From an uncultured Candidatus Saccharibacteria bacterium (GTDB lineage: Bacteria > Patescibacteriota > CALEFQ01), in the NCBI GenBank assembly GCA_965230955.1, contig OZ246404.1:856790-920789 (forward strand): a stretch of DNA of 64,000 nucleotides. Direction: 5' to 3'. The position numbers and the translations under genes were made by a program. The notes beneath the pieces were generated by a model. It ran no database searches and was not told the origin of the DNA. It was given only the letters and a program-made list of their open reading frames with translations. Positions 39,125 to 48,313 of this stretch are shown piece after piece (the stretch's first letter is position 1; every line of letters starts with the position of its first letter).

Positions 39125-39516
39125 TATGATAACACAGCCAAATCTTGCCGCAAAGGACATCGACCGGCCAAGCTGGACTCGAATTCACCCAATCCCTTAT
39201 CTAAGCGAAAACCCCGATTTCCGGGGTTTTCTGATGCTCTTCACTCGAACTGGTTTTTTCGGCTTCACTTAGCGAAAATTTGTATTCAAAGACAAATAAA
39301 AATCCATTGGCTCCACAAGATGGACATCATCCGAACCTTTTTCCATCAGCACGAGGATGATTGGCTCATCGTGGCATTTATCAAGATTCCCCTTGGACTT
39401 TTGCGACTGCCCGACAGAGGGGTAAACCTATGTGAGTATTACCCTGTTTTCTGTTTCTGATTCTAGCGTAGCAAGTCTCCAAGTCCTGGCAATGCATTTT
39501 TTGTCCAGATGGGCAA
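39125..39516. repeat. junction J3 (hybrid of J2-type and J4-type parts)
   Basis: 39125-39183 matches J4, 39184-39307 matches J2, TGGCTCC at 39308, 39308-39516 nearly identical to 35137-35345. Confidence 0.9.
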
Positions 39517-39540
39517 TTTTTCAAAATAAAAGGGAGTTGT

Positions 39541-40506
39541 CTATTTTGCAGTCTTGCCATCCACAGACAAATACTTCTTGGCCGCATCTATCGTAATCTG
39601 CCCACCGACAGGATAGACATAATCTTCAACATTATGGCCAAGCTCATTTATTTCCAATATCGGAAACTTATAGTCAGCAGTCACCTCCAAAACCATTTCA
39701 GACACATTTCTGTTCTCTTCTTTGGCTTTCATGGCACTCTCGTCAAACCACCCTAAAACCATTCCTTTCAGCCCATTAAAAACTCCGTGCAGTTTTAGAG
39801 CATAAAGATACCAATCTAGTTCTGCCACTTCATCTGTGCCTTCAAGGAGTAATATCTTACCTTTCGTATTGGGAAAGTATCCTGCTAAAATATTTCCGCA
39901 TACCACCGCTAAATGACCGCCAACCGCCACACCGCTGGCATTTCCTTTCCTTATGCATTTCCACCCTGGTCTTTTTTTGCTTTTGTCTTTATGCTTCCAG
40001 TTAAGATTTGGTTTGATCTCACCTACCTGACCATCAAAAAAAGTCTTTTTTATATTCTCTTCTATCGCTTTTGACATAGGTTTTCCGAATGTCCACATTA
40101 AATCTGGACCTAAATATGTCATCAGTCCAGTTCTGGCATAGATTGCATTTACGAGTGTAGTCCCATCTGAAAACCCCACAAACATTTTGGGATTTTTTTT
40201 AATCATCTCGTAATCTATGGCATCCAAAATATGATTGGCGGTGAATCCACCCTGGGCCATCATTACCATCTTGACCTTCGGATCTCGCCACATTTCATTG
40301 AATTCTTTCGCTCTTTGAATCCTTGTTCCCGCACTATAGTAATGCTGATCAAAAACTGATTCGAAATACTTAACCTTAAGCCCCCACGACTCAAGTTTTT
40401 GAACTCCTTTTTGAAATTGTTGCTTCCTGTCACCGACAGGACCAGATGGAGAGATAATTCCGACGAGAGCTCCTTTGTGCAGACGTTTTGGAATTATTGT
40501 TTTCAT
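39541..40506 (-). CDS. S66 peptidase (LD-carboxypeptidase/MccF-like)
   Basis: ISPSG, GFSDGT (Ser), LLLEG (Glu), LGH (His). Confidence 0.9.
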   Translation of the reverse strand: MKTIIPKRLHKGALVGIISPSGPVGDRKQQFQKGVQKLESWGLKVKYFESVFDQHYYSAGTRIQRAKEFNEMWRDPKVKMVMMAQGGFTANHILDAIDYEMIKKNPKMFVGFSDGTTLVNAIYARTGLMTYLGPDLMWTFGKPMSKAIEENIKKTFFDGQVGEIKPNLNWKHKDKSKKRPGWKCIRKGNASGVAVGGHLAVVCGNILAGYFPNTKGKILLLEGTDEVAELDWYLYALKLHGVFNGLKGMVLGWFDESAMKAKEENRNVSEMVLEVTADYKFPILEINELGHNVEDYVYPVGGQITIDAAKKYLSVDGKTAK

Positions 40507-40531
40507 ATGTTTTAGTAAATATTGATAAGTA

Positions 40532-41044
40532 TTATCTTATTATTCTACTATTATTCCTAGTTTCGGGATAACATTTCCAGCAACAGTTTTTTTGTTTGGG
40601 TGACAAAAAGGCATATCGTATTCCAAGAGCATCCGGTTTCCAAAAACTAAAAACAAATTTTATTACTTTGTCCAGATTATATTCCTTACAAGTGGCAATC
40701 GAGATATCGATCAGATTATGATCTGGGTAGTAATAGAACGACTCGTGGGAATGATCAAGAATCGAAATAACATTTCCGGCATCAGGACGAGTCCACCAGG
40801 TATATGCATTCCAATCATTGGGTTTGAACTTCTCATTGGTATAGTAAGGAGAAAGAGCGTTTTTTGAATCGGGGGCGATCACCATTGGCCCACAAAAAAT
40901 ATGCATACCGCAAATTTGGGCAAGCTTCTTTTGAAACTCTTCTACCTCGCCAGTGGTCACCTGTTTTTTGTCTGTAGGCTTCAGTTCAATCTCAAGCCAG
41001 GATCGTTCAAGGTCAGGGGCAAAATCTTCTACGCCATTCTTCAT
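40532..41044 (-). CDS. S-adenosylmethionine decarboxylase-like protein (divergent)
   Basis: ILDHSHESFYYYP resembles the ESH.S.HTWP motif; DISIATCK..N..KVIKF. Confidence 0.5.
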   Translation of the reverse strand: MKNGVEDFAPDLERSWLEIELKPTDKKQVTTGEVEEFQKKLAQICGMHIFCGPMVIAPDSKNALSPYYTNEKFKPNDWNAYTWWTRPDAGNVISILDHSHESFYYYPDHNLIDISIATCKEYNLDKVIKFVFSFWKPDALGIRYAFLSPKQKNCCWKCYPETRNNSRIIR

Positions 41045-41055
41045 AAATTTGGAAA

Positions 41056-41619
41056 TTATAATTCATAAGGCATGCCACAATTAGGGCAACGATCCGAGCC
41101 CACGGAAAGACCAATGGTTGTATTACACTTTTTACAATGAACATTACTATATATCCTGTCCCCGAGCTTTGTTGCGGTCATATTCTTACTACCGAGTTCT
41201 TCAAGGGAGGTCGCAGTATTTATTTCTCTCTCCTCCTCCTTCTTTAATTGCTTAAATTGGTCTTTTATTTCTGCCAGCAATCTTCTCTCATTTGCCTTAT
41301 CATTTCGGAGCAACTTAATTACTTGCCCCAATTGATCAAGTTTTTCAAATATAGGCTGGGAAGAGTCATCCTTATATCGGTTTTCGCATATCTCATACCA
41401 TAAATCACGCATTTCCCTTATTGTTTTTCTGTGATCAGGATTATTTCCGTAGTTCCTATGGCATTTGCTGCAGAGAGGAGCAGCATTTTCAATATTATCT
41501 TTCCCTTCTTGTCCTTCTGGAATGATATGATGGACATCAATAAAAGGTTCCTTGCAAATGCAGCACAGATAGTGTGCTTTCCTTCTTACTTCTTTTTTTA
41601 TCGCTTCGTTGAAAGACAT
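41056..41619 (-). CDS. HNH endonuclease with C-terminal Zn ribbon
   Basis: CCIC..VHHIIP..G.D..EN...LCSKCH; C-terminal CKKC..CPNC. Confidence 0.88.
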   Translation of the reverse strand: MSFNEAIKKEVRRKAHYLCCICKEPFIDVHHIIPEGQEGKDNIENAAPLCSKCHRNYGNNPDHRKTIREMRDLWYEICENRYKDDSSQPIFEKLDQLGQVIKLLRNDKANERRLLAEIKDQFKQLKKEEEREINTATSLEELGSKNMTATKLGDRIYSNVHCKKCNTTIGLSVGSDRCPNCGMPYEL

Positions 41620-41675
41620 CTTAGATATTTCTATTTAATGATTGATTCATTATAAAATGTAATAGACTAAATTAG

Positions 41676-41964
41676 CAAGCTAGACTCGAACCCGACCAAT
41701 CCCTTATCTAAGCGAAAACCCCGTTTTGCGGGGTTTTTCGATGCTGTTCACTCGAACTGGTTTTTTTGGCTGTGCTTAGCGAAAATTTGTATTCAAAGAC
41801 CAATAAAAATTCGTTGGCTCCCCCTGGTCGAATCAATTAGAACTTTTTGCAAGGCCCATGAGGATGATTTAGTCGTTCCTATCTTTATCAAAACGCCAGA
41901 TGGATACCTGAGACTTCCAGACAGAGGCGTGAAACTTGATGAGTATTATCCACTGCACTCCTAA
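41676..41964. repeat. junction J2
   Basis: gctagactcgaacc, aaaaccccg..cggggtttt hairpin, TGGCTCCCC at 41815, conserved reading frame to 41964. Confidence 0.88.
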
Positions 41965-42272
41965 TTCTCATCCTTTAATTCCGCTAGGAATTTCCGCTCT
42001 TCAATTACTAATTCTTCTTTTAACTTTACCGCTATCTTTTCTTTTTCAACATTAATTGGACGCATAAGAAGAATCGCCGACACAAATGAAAAAAGCTTTT
42101 TTCTCCGTTCGCTAACGCTCGAAACTTCCATCAAAAGAGAGTTTAATTGAGAAAGCTCTTTCTCTTCAAGTTTATTTAGCATTCCCGAAAAATTATCCAA
42201 GTCTTTGTGTCCGGATAAATTTAGCGCAGCAGCTATCTCATTACTCCTTGAATTTTGATTCTTCTTGGGCAT
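41961..42272 (-). CDS. hypothetical protein
   Basis: 103-aa ORF overlapping the end of the upstream gene. Confidence 0.6.
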   Translation of the reverse strand: MPKKNQNSRSNEIAAALNLSGHKDLDNFSGMLNKLEEKELSQLNSLLMEVSSVSERRKKLFSFVSAILLMRPINVEKEKIAVKLKEELVIEERKFLAELKDEN

Positions 42273-43053
42273 AGTATTGAATTATAAGATGGGGCAATTT
42301 GAATTGTCCGAAATCGGGTGCTTTATATTGTTTTGGGTAATCCTGAACTCTAGCTACTAATTTCTTAGCCTGCTTACTTCCAAGAAATTGCATGACTGAT
42401 CCCACAAATGCTTCAGCAGTAGCAATAACCCCAGATGCCAATGCCACTTGAGCCGCATCAATATATTCCGAAGTCAAAGCAGCCAACCCAAGGCCCATCA
42501 CTACGCCCAAACCCGCTTGAAAATATGATCCCAGCGCAACTACATTACCAATCTCACGCAAATGACCCATCCAATAGGCAGACCTTCTCATGCCCTCGTC
42601 AGCTGTTCTGGAATAAACTTCTTTAACATCATCAAAATTATTAACTTTGTTCGGTTTTAAATACCCTGAAAACGTTTGCCAAAACCCCGGCTTGGTGACT
42701 ATTGCTTTAGAGGCCGAGATCAAATCAAAGACTGCATCTGCAAGTTTGTCCCCATCACTCTTTATTTCACTCTCAGACTTCTTTGCATCCTTAATCCTCT
42801 TTTCAATCCGTGATTCAAAAAGAGCAATTTTCTTTTCGTCTATTCCAGCTTCTCTCATATCACATATGACATCGTCTCTAATAACATCGAGCCTCTGATT
42901 AATTGCATCTATCCGGTTTAACTTATACATTGCATCTTTAGTGTCGACAGCTGCGGATTCGGTATTAGTTCCCAATTCCTCTGATGATATTTCAGCTTTG
43001 TCTTTATTTGTCTTCACGAACTCTGGATTAGGTTGTCGGATAGTTTCACGCAT
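42241..43053 (-). CDS. hypothetical coiled-coil protein with two hydrophobic helices
   Basis: 270-aa ORF; GLGVVMGLGLAAL and VALASGVIATAEAFVG segments. Confidence 0.7.
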   Translation of the reverse strand: MRETIRQPNPEFVKTNKDKAEISSEELGTNTESAAVDTKDAMYKLNRIDAINQRLDVIRDDVICDMREAGIDEKKIALFESRIEKRIKDAKKSESEIKSDGDKLADAVFDLISASKAIVTKPGFWQTFSGYLKPNKVNNFDDVKEVYSRTADEGMRRSAYWMGHLREIGNVVALGSYFQAGLGVVMGLGLAALTSEYIDAAQVALASGVIATAEAFVGSVMQFLGSKQAKKLVARVQDYPKQYKAPDFGQFKLPHLIIQYYAQEESKFKE

Positions 43054-43127
43054 ATGTTTATTTTTTCACTTCAATAATATCTTTAATAATAACAAATTCT
43101 AGCAATTCTGCCCAATATTTCATTCGT

Positions 43128-43200
43128 AATTCCAGGATAGCATTTCCGAGAATTGAGAGAAGGTGTTTTTTGTGTGAGGAGCAATAAGTATGTGGATAAA
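43128..43200. repeat. displaced copy of the junction tail
   Basis: aattccaggatagca-N23-ttttttgtgtgagga..atgtggataaa matches 45804-45876. Confidence 0.75.
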
Positions 43201-43223
43201 TATTGGGACTTAACCCAACTCAT

Positions 43224-44141
43224 TTAATTCACAATATTCTTCGACTTATCTTTAGTGCAGGCAATTATAGTATCAACCCAAATTCTAAAGTCTTCGGCGA
43301 CGGCCTCTTTTGTATACCAAGCGATGGGAGGAGTAATCAGAATATTGCCCTTATACTTTCCATCATTTACGCGCCTTTCGGATTCCATTGCCAATCCGGC
43401 CAACTTACCATCTGCAACCATTTTAGCCGCCACCGGTAAGTCAAAAAGATCTCCACCAGTAATACTGATCAAAAACGCATCCTTTTTCATTTTTGCTAAT
43501 TTGGATTTATTAATAGTACCTTTTGTTTCTTTATTTCTCGCCATAGTCGGAAAAATAAAGTCGGAATTCTTCATTACTTTATCTAAACTCTGATATTTGA
43601 ATCTTTTATCCTTGTGATGCTTGGACCAATAAACAATTTCCATCCCCATCGCTTTTCCAAGTTCAGCAATACGAGTTCCGATACTTCCAAGTCCAACAAT
43701 TCCCATGGTCTTACCACGAACTTCTAAACCCAAATGCTTTTCATAATCAAGCTGCCAATTATTTTGCATAATCAACGGCAACTTTTTTACCAAATTAAGC
43801 ATCATGCTAATTGCATATTCGGCGACCGACTCTGTTGAATACTTCGCAACATTGGTTAAGGCGATACCATGTCCTCGCAACCATTTACCGTCTACCCAAT
43901 CAAAAGCCGTTGTCGGCAAACAAACTGCTTTTAGCCCTGAAATCTTTTTCGCATCGCTGTTGGAAAATTTCCAATCAACCAATTCAGGAGCAAGACCCAG
44001 AACCTTATCTTCGCTATCCGTAAAAAGCTTGTCGAAATAACTTGGTTTCTTTTCTACAAAAACAACCTCACCGGCTTTGACCAATGATTGGACTTGCGAC
44101 TTGGTAAAATCAACTTTTTGATTGATGATGATTACGCGCAT
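43224..44141 (-). CDS. D-isomer 2-hydroxyacid dehydrogenase family protein with degenerate active site
   Basis: STESVAEY, GKTMGIVGLGSIG, KMKKDAFLI; TPPIAW in place of TPHIA. Confidence 0.85.
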   Translation of the reverse strand: MRVIIINQKVDFTKSQVQSLVKAGEVVFVEKKPSYFDKLFTDSEDKVLGLAPELVDWKFSNSDAKKISGLKAVCLPTTAFDWVDGKWLRGHGIALTNVAKYSTESVAEYAISMMLNLVKKLPLIMQNNWQLDYEKHLGLEVRGKTMGIVGLGSIGTRIAELGKAMGMEIVYWSKHHKDKRFKYQSLDKVMKNSDFIFPTMARNKETKGTINKSKLAKMKKDAFLISITGGDLFDLPVAAKMVADGKLAGLAMESERRVNDGKYKGNILITPPIAWYTKEAVAEDFRIWVDTIIACTKDKSKNIVN

Positions 44142-44395
44142 TATTTTAAAATTACGTAATTAGTTAACATTACCCAACATCCCTGAACAGTTTTAATTAT
44201 TTTGCTTTACTTAAGCTAAAATCTGACAAAATGGGTACTATACTTCGTTTCGTTATAGTCTCCTCATAGAAGATTATAAGCGATTGGACTGTTGGTGAGA
44301 TATATCACACAAACTCCCATGGGTAGTATATTCAAGGCATTTTGTCACACAATAATTTATTTGTTTAGCCCACTGGATAGATATCAGAATAAACT

Positions 44396-45436
44396 TTAAA
44401 GAATAGAAAACTCTTCTTCCTTTGCATCTTCCAGTATGCTTAAAAATTCATTAAACTCACTACGTTTTCTATTAATAATATTTTCTAGCAATTCGATTTT
44501 TATATCTTGCAAATCCTTTGGCATATTTGGATCCAAATCGAATCCTATTAAAAATGTATCCACCACCTTCAAGTTCGGATTGTGATTTTGAATAATGCCT
44601 TTGTATCCCAAGACCTGACCCACATGCTTAGTATTGAGCCTTATATTTGGTCTTTTTAACTCAACTAAAACGATATGCCTTTCATCCTGGAGAAATATTT
44701 TTAGAATCAAATCTGGCCTTTTGCCAAGCTCGCTGTCAATTCCTAGCTTTTGTGCCAAGAACTCACTTAGTGGTTTATTACTTTTCACAAGATCATAATT
44801 ATTATCAAGTAGCCATAAATTATTTTCTAATAGCTTATGGATTTCTTGCTCTTTCGTTTTTTTGTCCTTCAACAATATTTGCAGTAATTTAATTATTGAT
44901 ATCTTTTTCTTTACCAATTCTGCAATGGAGCTAATTTGACCTATTCTTAAATCATTTAGTAATGAAGCAAAGCCTGTTATGTCTTTTTCTTCAGCTTCAG
45001 ACAGTTTTTTCAACATAATATCTATGTTCTCAGCCTTTATTTCATATATTCTCAACCCGAGTCTATCAAGAGCTTCGAGGCTTGCGGCTGATAATTTGGC
45101 TATATTCTTATTCGCAAGAACTTTTTCAATAAAATCGGGGTCTTCTTTTAAGACCTGCTCTATTTTGATTAAAACTTCGTCTTTAACTAATTCGGTTTTT
45201 TGAATGGGCCACTCATGCTCTTTTACCGATTCTACCTCAACAACACTTTTTAAATCAGTCCAATCTTTGAAATGAAGATTAAAGAATTGCTGTTTATTTG
45301 CAGATTTACCCAACAAAATCCTCTTCATAACAACATAATTTCTATCTTTGTGTTCAGAGTCACTTAGAATAGCAAAAGTAGTCAAACCACTGGACCAATT
45401 TTTTGTTAATTTTTTAATAACTTTGAACTTATGCAT
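44396..45436 (-). CDS. PD-(D/E)xK nuclease, Shedu/DUF4263-like putative defence protein
   Basis: EQEIHKLLENNLWLL, RPDL, VELKRP, QVLGY. Confidence 0.65.
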   Translation of the reverse strand: MHKFKVIKKLTKNWSSGLTTFAILSDSEHKDRNYVVMKRILLGKSANKQQFFNLHFKDWTDLKSVVEVESVKEHEWPIQKTELVKDEVLIKIEQVLKEDPDFIEKVLANKNIAKLSAASLEALDRLGLRIYEIKAENIDIMLKKLSEAEEKDITGFASLLNDLRIGQISSIAELVKKKISIIKLLQILLKDKKTKEQEIHKLLENNLWLLDNNYDLVKSNKPLSEFLAQKLGIDSELGKRPDLILKIFLQDERHIVLVELKRPNIRLNTKHVGQVLGYKGIIQNHNPNLKVVDTFLIGFDLDPNMPKDLQDIKIELLENIINRKRSEFNEFLSILEDAKEEEFSIL

Positions 45437-45473
45437 AAATATTAATTTATTAAAATAATACGGCCCCATGTTT

Positions 45474-45876
45474 TATGATAACATACTTAGGGTACCCGAC
45501 AAGCATTAAGTATAAGTGAGACTCGAACCCTCAAAATCCCTTATCTAAGCGAAAACCCCGTTTTGACGGGGTTTTCTATCTCCCTGGTTCGAACCTGCTT
45601 CTTTGGGCTAAACTTAGCGAATATTTGATTTAAAAACTCTAAAATTCTGCTCTGGCTCCCCCTGGTCGAATCAATTAGAACTTTTTGCAAGGCGCATGAG
45701 GATGATTTTGATGTTCCTGTGTACATAAAAACGAATAATGGATTAGAGCTGAAAACTGGATGGGATTTCAGAGTGAGAGATTATTATCCCCTTCCCTGAT
45801 CCCAATTTCAGGATAGCAGATTCATGGATCTGGCAAAGACATTTTTTGTGTGAGGAACAAAAAAGATGTGGATAAA
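45474..45876. repeat. junction J1
   Basis: gagactcgaacc, hairpin, aaattctgctctggctcccc (20 bp also found at the tRNA 3' end and flank), conserved reading frame 45653-45799, tail. Confidence 0.88.
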
Positions 45877-46192
45877 ATCGTTGCATAGTTCCACCTCTAA
45901 CGAGCTCTACTTCCCTATCGATTTTTGAATTCTCCTTCAAGTTTCTCATGTCCCAGGTTATGACGACATTGTAATATGTATGACCAGAAAGAAAGGACAC
46001 TCAATCCACACACTTGTTCAATATGTCAGGTCAAAGTTCGATAGTCGCGTTACGAAGAACCTTAGATAGAATTGTGGGGGAAAGATCTAGATAACGGCAA
46101 TAAATTCAGATAAGATAGAAGCAGTCCTTTTTAAAGGAGGTTTCTTTTGCTAAATTGGCATAGTATGAGCTCAGGCGAAGAAACGTTGCGAC

Positions 46193-47494
46193 ATGGAAAA
46201 AATTAGAATTTTTATTAGTCATTCATCAAAAGACATAGATTTAGTAAGTAAGCTGGTAAGTGCTCTTCAAGAGTCGTTTGTTATACCTAGTGGAGCTATC
46301 CGATGCACCTCTTTATCTGGGTATAAATTAACACCAGGGGCACATACATCCACCACATTATTAGAAGAGCTGTTAAAAGCTGATTTGATTATAGGAGTCT
46401 TGACACGATTAAGCTCAAAGTCCAGCTGGGTTCTGTTTGAACTTGGGGCTGGGTGGGGGAAAAAAATATGGACGGTCCCTTTGCTTGGAGGGCTTGATTT
46501 CGACGAGATAGAAGGCCCACTAAAAGAATTCCACGCTATTAAGACTGATGACGAGGACGCCCTACTAGACCTTTTTGAGAAAATGCAAAATCAGCTAAAA
46601 TTGCAGCCACAGTCTGCTTCTATAAGATTGTCGGCAATACGAAAAATAGTAAATGCTTTAAAGGAGGGAGAAAAAGTTAAATCAGATGCTTATATTCCGC
46701 AGCCTGAAGAACTGGCTCATAGCCAGATGCCTGAACGTGTCGAAACACCAACGATTGTAACAGCTTACCTTAGTAAACTAACCAAAGAGACGCGCGAGGA
46801 AGAAGTTCTTCCTTTTTTTAATAGAGCTGTCTCTTATCATAAGCATGACAAAAAAATCCTGGCAAGATTTTATTTTCAACTAGCACAATTTTTTTTAAAA
46901 AAAGAAGAGCCAAGTAAAGCTCTTGAGTATTTGAATATTTCCTTAGAAAATAGTCCAAATGATATATATACCTTGAATTCCCGAGGTAAAATTTTTATAA
47001 GAATGAAGCAGTTCAAAGACGCAGAAGCAGATTTTAAGCTAGCTTTAGAAATCGACAGCGAGAGCTTGGTCAATCTAAGCTCATTAATGAGACTTTACTC
47101 GAAAAACCTACTAGAGCACATAGATAAAATACCATATCTAAGCAAGGAGCTGATAACGCTAGCTCGAAAGAAAAATGATCCCGATTCCACTTCGTTCGGT
47201 TATGCTCTCTGGGCTACTTCTCAAATTAAAGAAGACCCAAGAGCTGCTGAGATAAATTTTGACAACGCCTTAAAAGAAGCAGAGAGAATCGGTCGTAAAA
47301 TAAATAAAAATCGCAGAATTGTATCTATCTTAAGGCATCGAATAAAACTGTATTCCACTTTAAAGAGGGATGATGAGGCTAAACAAGATTTTATCCAGGC
47401 GTGGAATCTTTGCCTAGAATTTCCTGAGGACAGAGAGATCAAAAATTCAGTGGAAGCGCTAAAAGTTGAATCCGGGCATCTGATGGGCAATTAA
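46193..47494 (+). CDS. TIR domain and TPR repeat protein (putative defence sensor-effector)
   Basis: IFISHSSKD, SSWVLFELGA (catalytic Glu); TPR repeats LNSRGKIF..AEADFKLALE. Confidence 0.85.
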   Translation: MEKIRIFISHSSKDIDLVSKLVSALQESFVIPSGAIRCTSLSGYKLTPGAHTSTTLLEELLKADLIIGVLTRLSSKSSWVLFELGAGWGKKIWTVPLLGGLDFDEIEGPLKEFHAIKTDDEDALLDLFEKMQNQLKLQPQSASIRLSAIRKIVNALKEGEKVKSDAYIPQPEELAHSQMPERVETPTIVTAYLSKLTKETREEEVLPFFNRAVSYHKHDKKILARFYFQLAQFFLKKEEPSKALEYLNISLENSPNDIYTLNSRGKIFIRMKQFKDAEADFKLALEIDSESLVNLSSLMRLYSKNLLEHIDKIPYLSKELITLARKKNDPDSTSFGYALWATSQIKEDPRAAEINFDNALKEAERIGRKINKNRRIVSILRHRIKLYSTLKRDDEAKQDFIQAWNLCLEFPEDREIKNSVEALKVESGHLMGN

Positions 47495-47496
47495 AG

Positions 47497-47526
47497 AAGC
47501 CTTCATTTTTTCTGAATGAAGGCTTT
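47497..47526. terminator. hairpin between convergent genes
   Basis: aagccttcatt-ttttctg-aatgaaggctt. Confidence 0.65.
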
Positions 47527-47547
47527 CATTGTCATAAGTAGGCATGT

Positions 47548-47706
47548 TTACAATTCGTAGTTTTCTTTAAGAAATGCAATGTGCGCGTTCAGTAAATCTT
47601 TCTCTTCCTCGGACAAGTTGTCCGGGCCTAAGTCGTATTTTTCCTGATCCTGAAGAACCGCATCGAGCATTTTCAAGAGTGCCTCATACCTCTCTTTGGG
47701 TGTCAT
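47548..47706 (-). CDS. 52-aa acidic protein below the ORF-track cutoff
   Basis: AAGGAGG RBS; MTPKERYEALLKMLDAVLQDQEKYDLGPDNLSEEEKDLLNAHIAFLKENYEL. Confidence 0.65.
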   Translation of the reverse strand: MTPKERYEALLKMLDAVLQDQEKYDLGPDNLSEEEKDLLNAHIAFLKENYEL

Positions 47707-48313
47707 AGTTTTTCCTCCTTGAAAAAAATGATCTCTTTCTGGTCAGCCTTGCTCCTCATGGCCACACAGACATAAATCTTTTTCTTCGAGAAGGGATCAA
47801 CCCACGAAACGAAAAAATTATTTGTTACACCCTTTTCAAATTGAGTCAGGAAAACGATCCGTCCTCAGACTATTGATTGAAAAAACTTTAGTTGTGAAAA
47901 AATGGGAGTAGAACGGTTGGAAAAACATGCTCAAGAAAGCATCCAATAAACAATTGCACATCGGGATATACCCAACTTGACTATGCAAACCGAATCCCCT
48001 TTCGAATATTAGGAAGAAACTTGAAATGCAACCTTGATCTTTCATTTTACACGGATTAGGTTTTATGTCAAGGGTTATTTTACATGAAAAACCGTTCTGC
48101 AAGTGACCGTGCCTTATTCTAGCCATAATCTGATAAAACAGGTGATAAAATCCTTTCTGCTACAGTCTTTTCAGAGGAGATTATAAGCAATTGGAGTATA
48201 GGTTTCTTTTGGCTGAAATAGAGTATCGCACATGGTACACTAAATAACTAGAGTAACATATTTCGCCAAATATGGGACACTAAATTAATAGCAAATATTG
48301 CCTGATACTCTGT

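Noticed and set aside
32118-45876. Junction repeats as a CRISPR array or classical integron attC sites
   Set aside because: Repeats are 240-400 bp with kb-scale multi-gene spacing. No cas or intI gene and no RYYYAAC/GTTRRRY box pattern were seen.
45743-48126. ORFs 45743-46000 and 47836-48126 as real genes or integrase remnants
   Set aside because: No recognisable motifs and atypical composition, so they were left unannotated.
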